Positions 12,023 to 12,087 of a stretch of 12,087 bases of DNA are shown here, piece after piece. The stretch is taken from contig NQJD01000051.1 in assembly GCA_004284765.1 (NCBI GenBank), positions 1 through 12,087 on the forward strand, read 5' to 3'. Within the stretch, counting starts at the first letter, position 1, and every line of letters begins with the position of its first letter. Both the position numbers and the translations under genes were made by a program. Origin of the DNA: Candidatus Electronema aureum. Its GTDB lineage: Bacteria > Desulfobacterota > Desulfobulbia > Desulfobulbales > Desulfobulbaceae. Under the pieces are notes generated by a model, which saw only the letters and a list, made by a program, of their open reading frames with translations, was not told where the DNA came from and did not search any database.

Positions 12023-12087
12023 CGTGCCTCGTCGCCGGTGGTACTGAAGCTGAAAGCTGAAGCCGAGTCGATGCTGAAAAAACGGCC

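Overview
This 12.1-kb chromosomal segment looks like a strict-anaerobe genome of the Desulfobacterota / sulfate-reducer type; that placement is inferred from gene content only. The left third is on the + strand. It holds a non-coding array of evenly spaced hairpins, a Phd/YefM-VapC type II toxin-antitoxin pair and a 327-bp structured non-coding gap. These are followed by an overlapping two-gene module of unknown function: a 4-TM membrane protein plus a ~710-aa protein with an N-terminal HAD-like domain. Every gene from 4139 to 11420 is on the - strand. These are gatC, dut (its start overlaps the stop of an exported coiled-coil protein gene), a degenerate-REC/GAF/class III cyclase, and a six-gene oxygen/ROS detoxification string. 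In transcription order that string is a Fur/PerR-like regulator carrying an extra C-terminal wHTH-like domain, rubrerythrin, desulfoferrodoxin, 2-Cys peroxiredoxin, rubredoxin (53 aa, below the cutoff of the supplied ORF track) and a flavodiiron protein. The right end (+ strand) has an AT-rich divergent control region with Fur-box-like sites and a perfect 20-bp palindrome, a 97-aa orphan gene, and a near-consensus promoter firing out of the window. I recognised no rRNA, tRNA, CRISPR array, transposase or integrase. All family calls come from reading motifs in the translations; no database search was possible.
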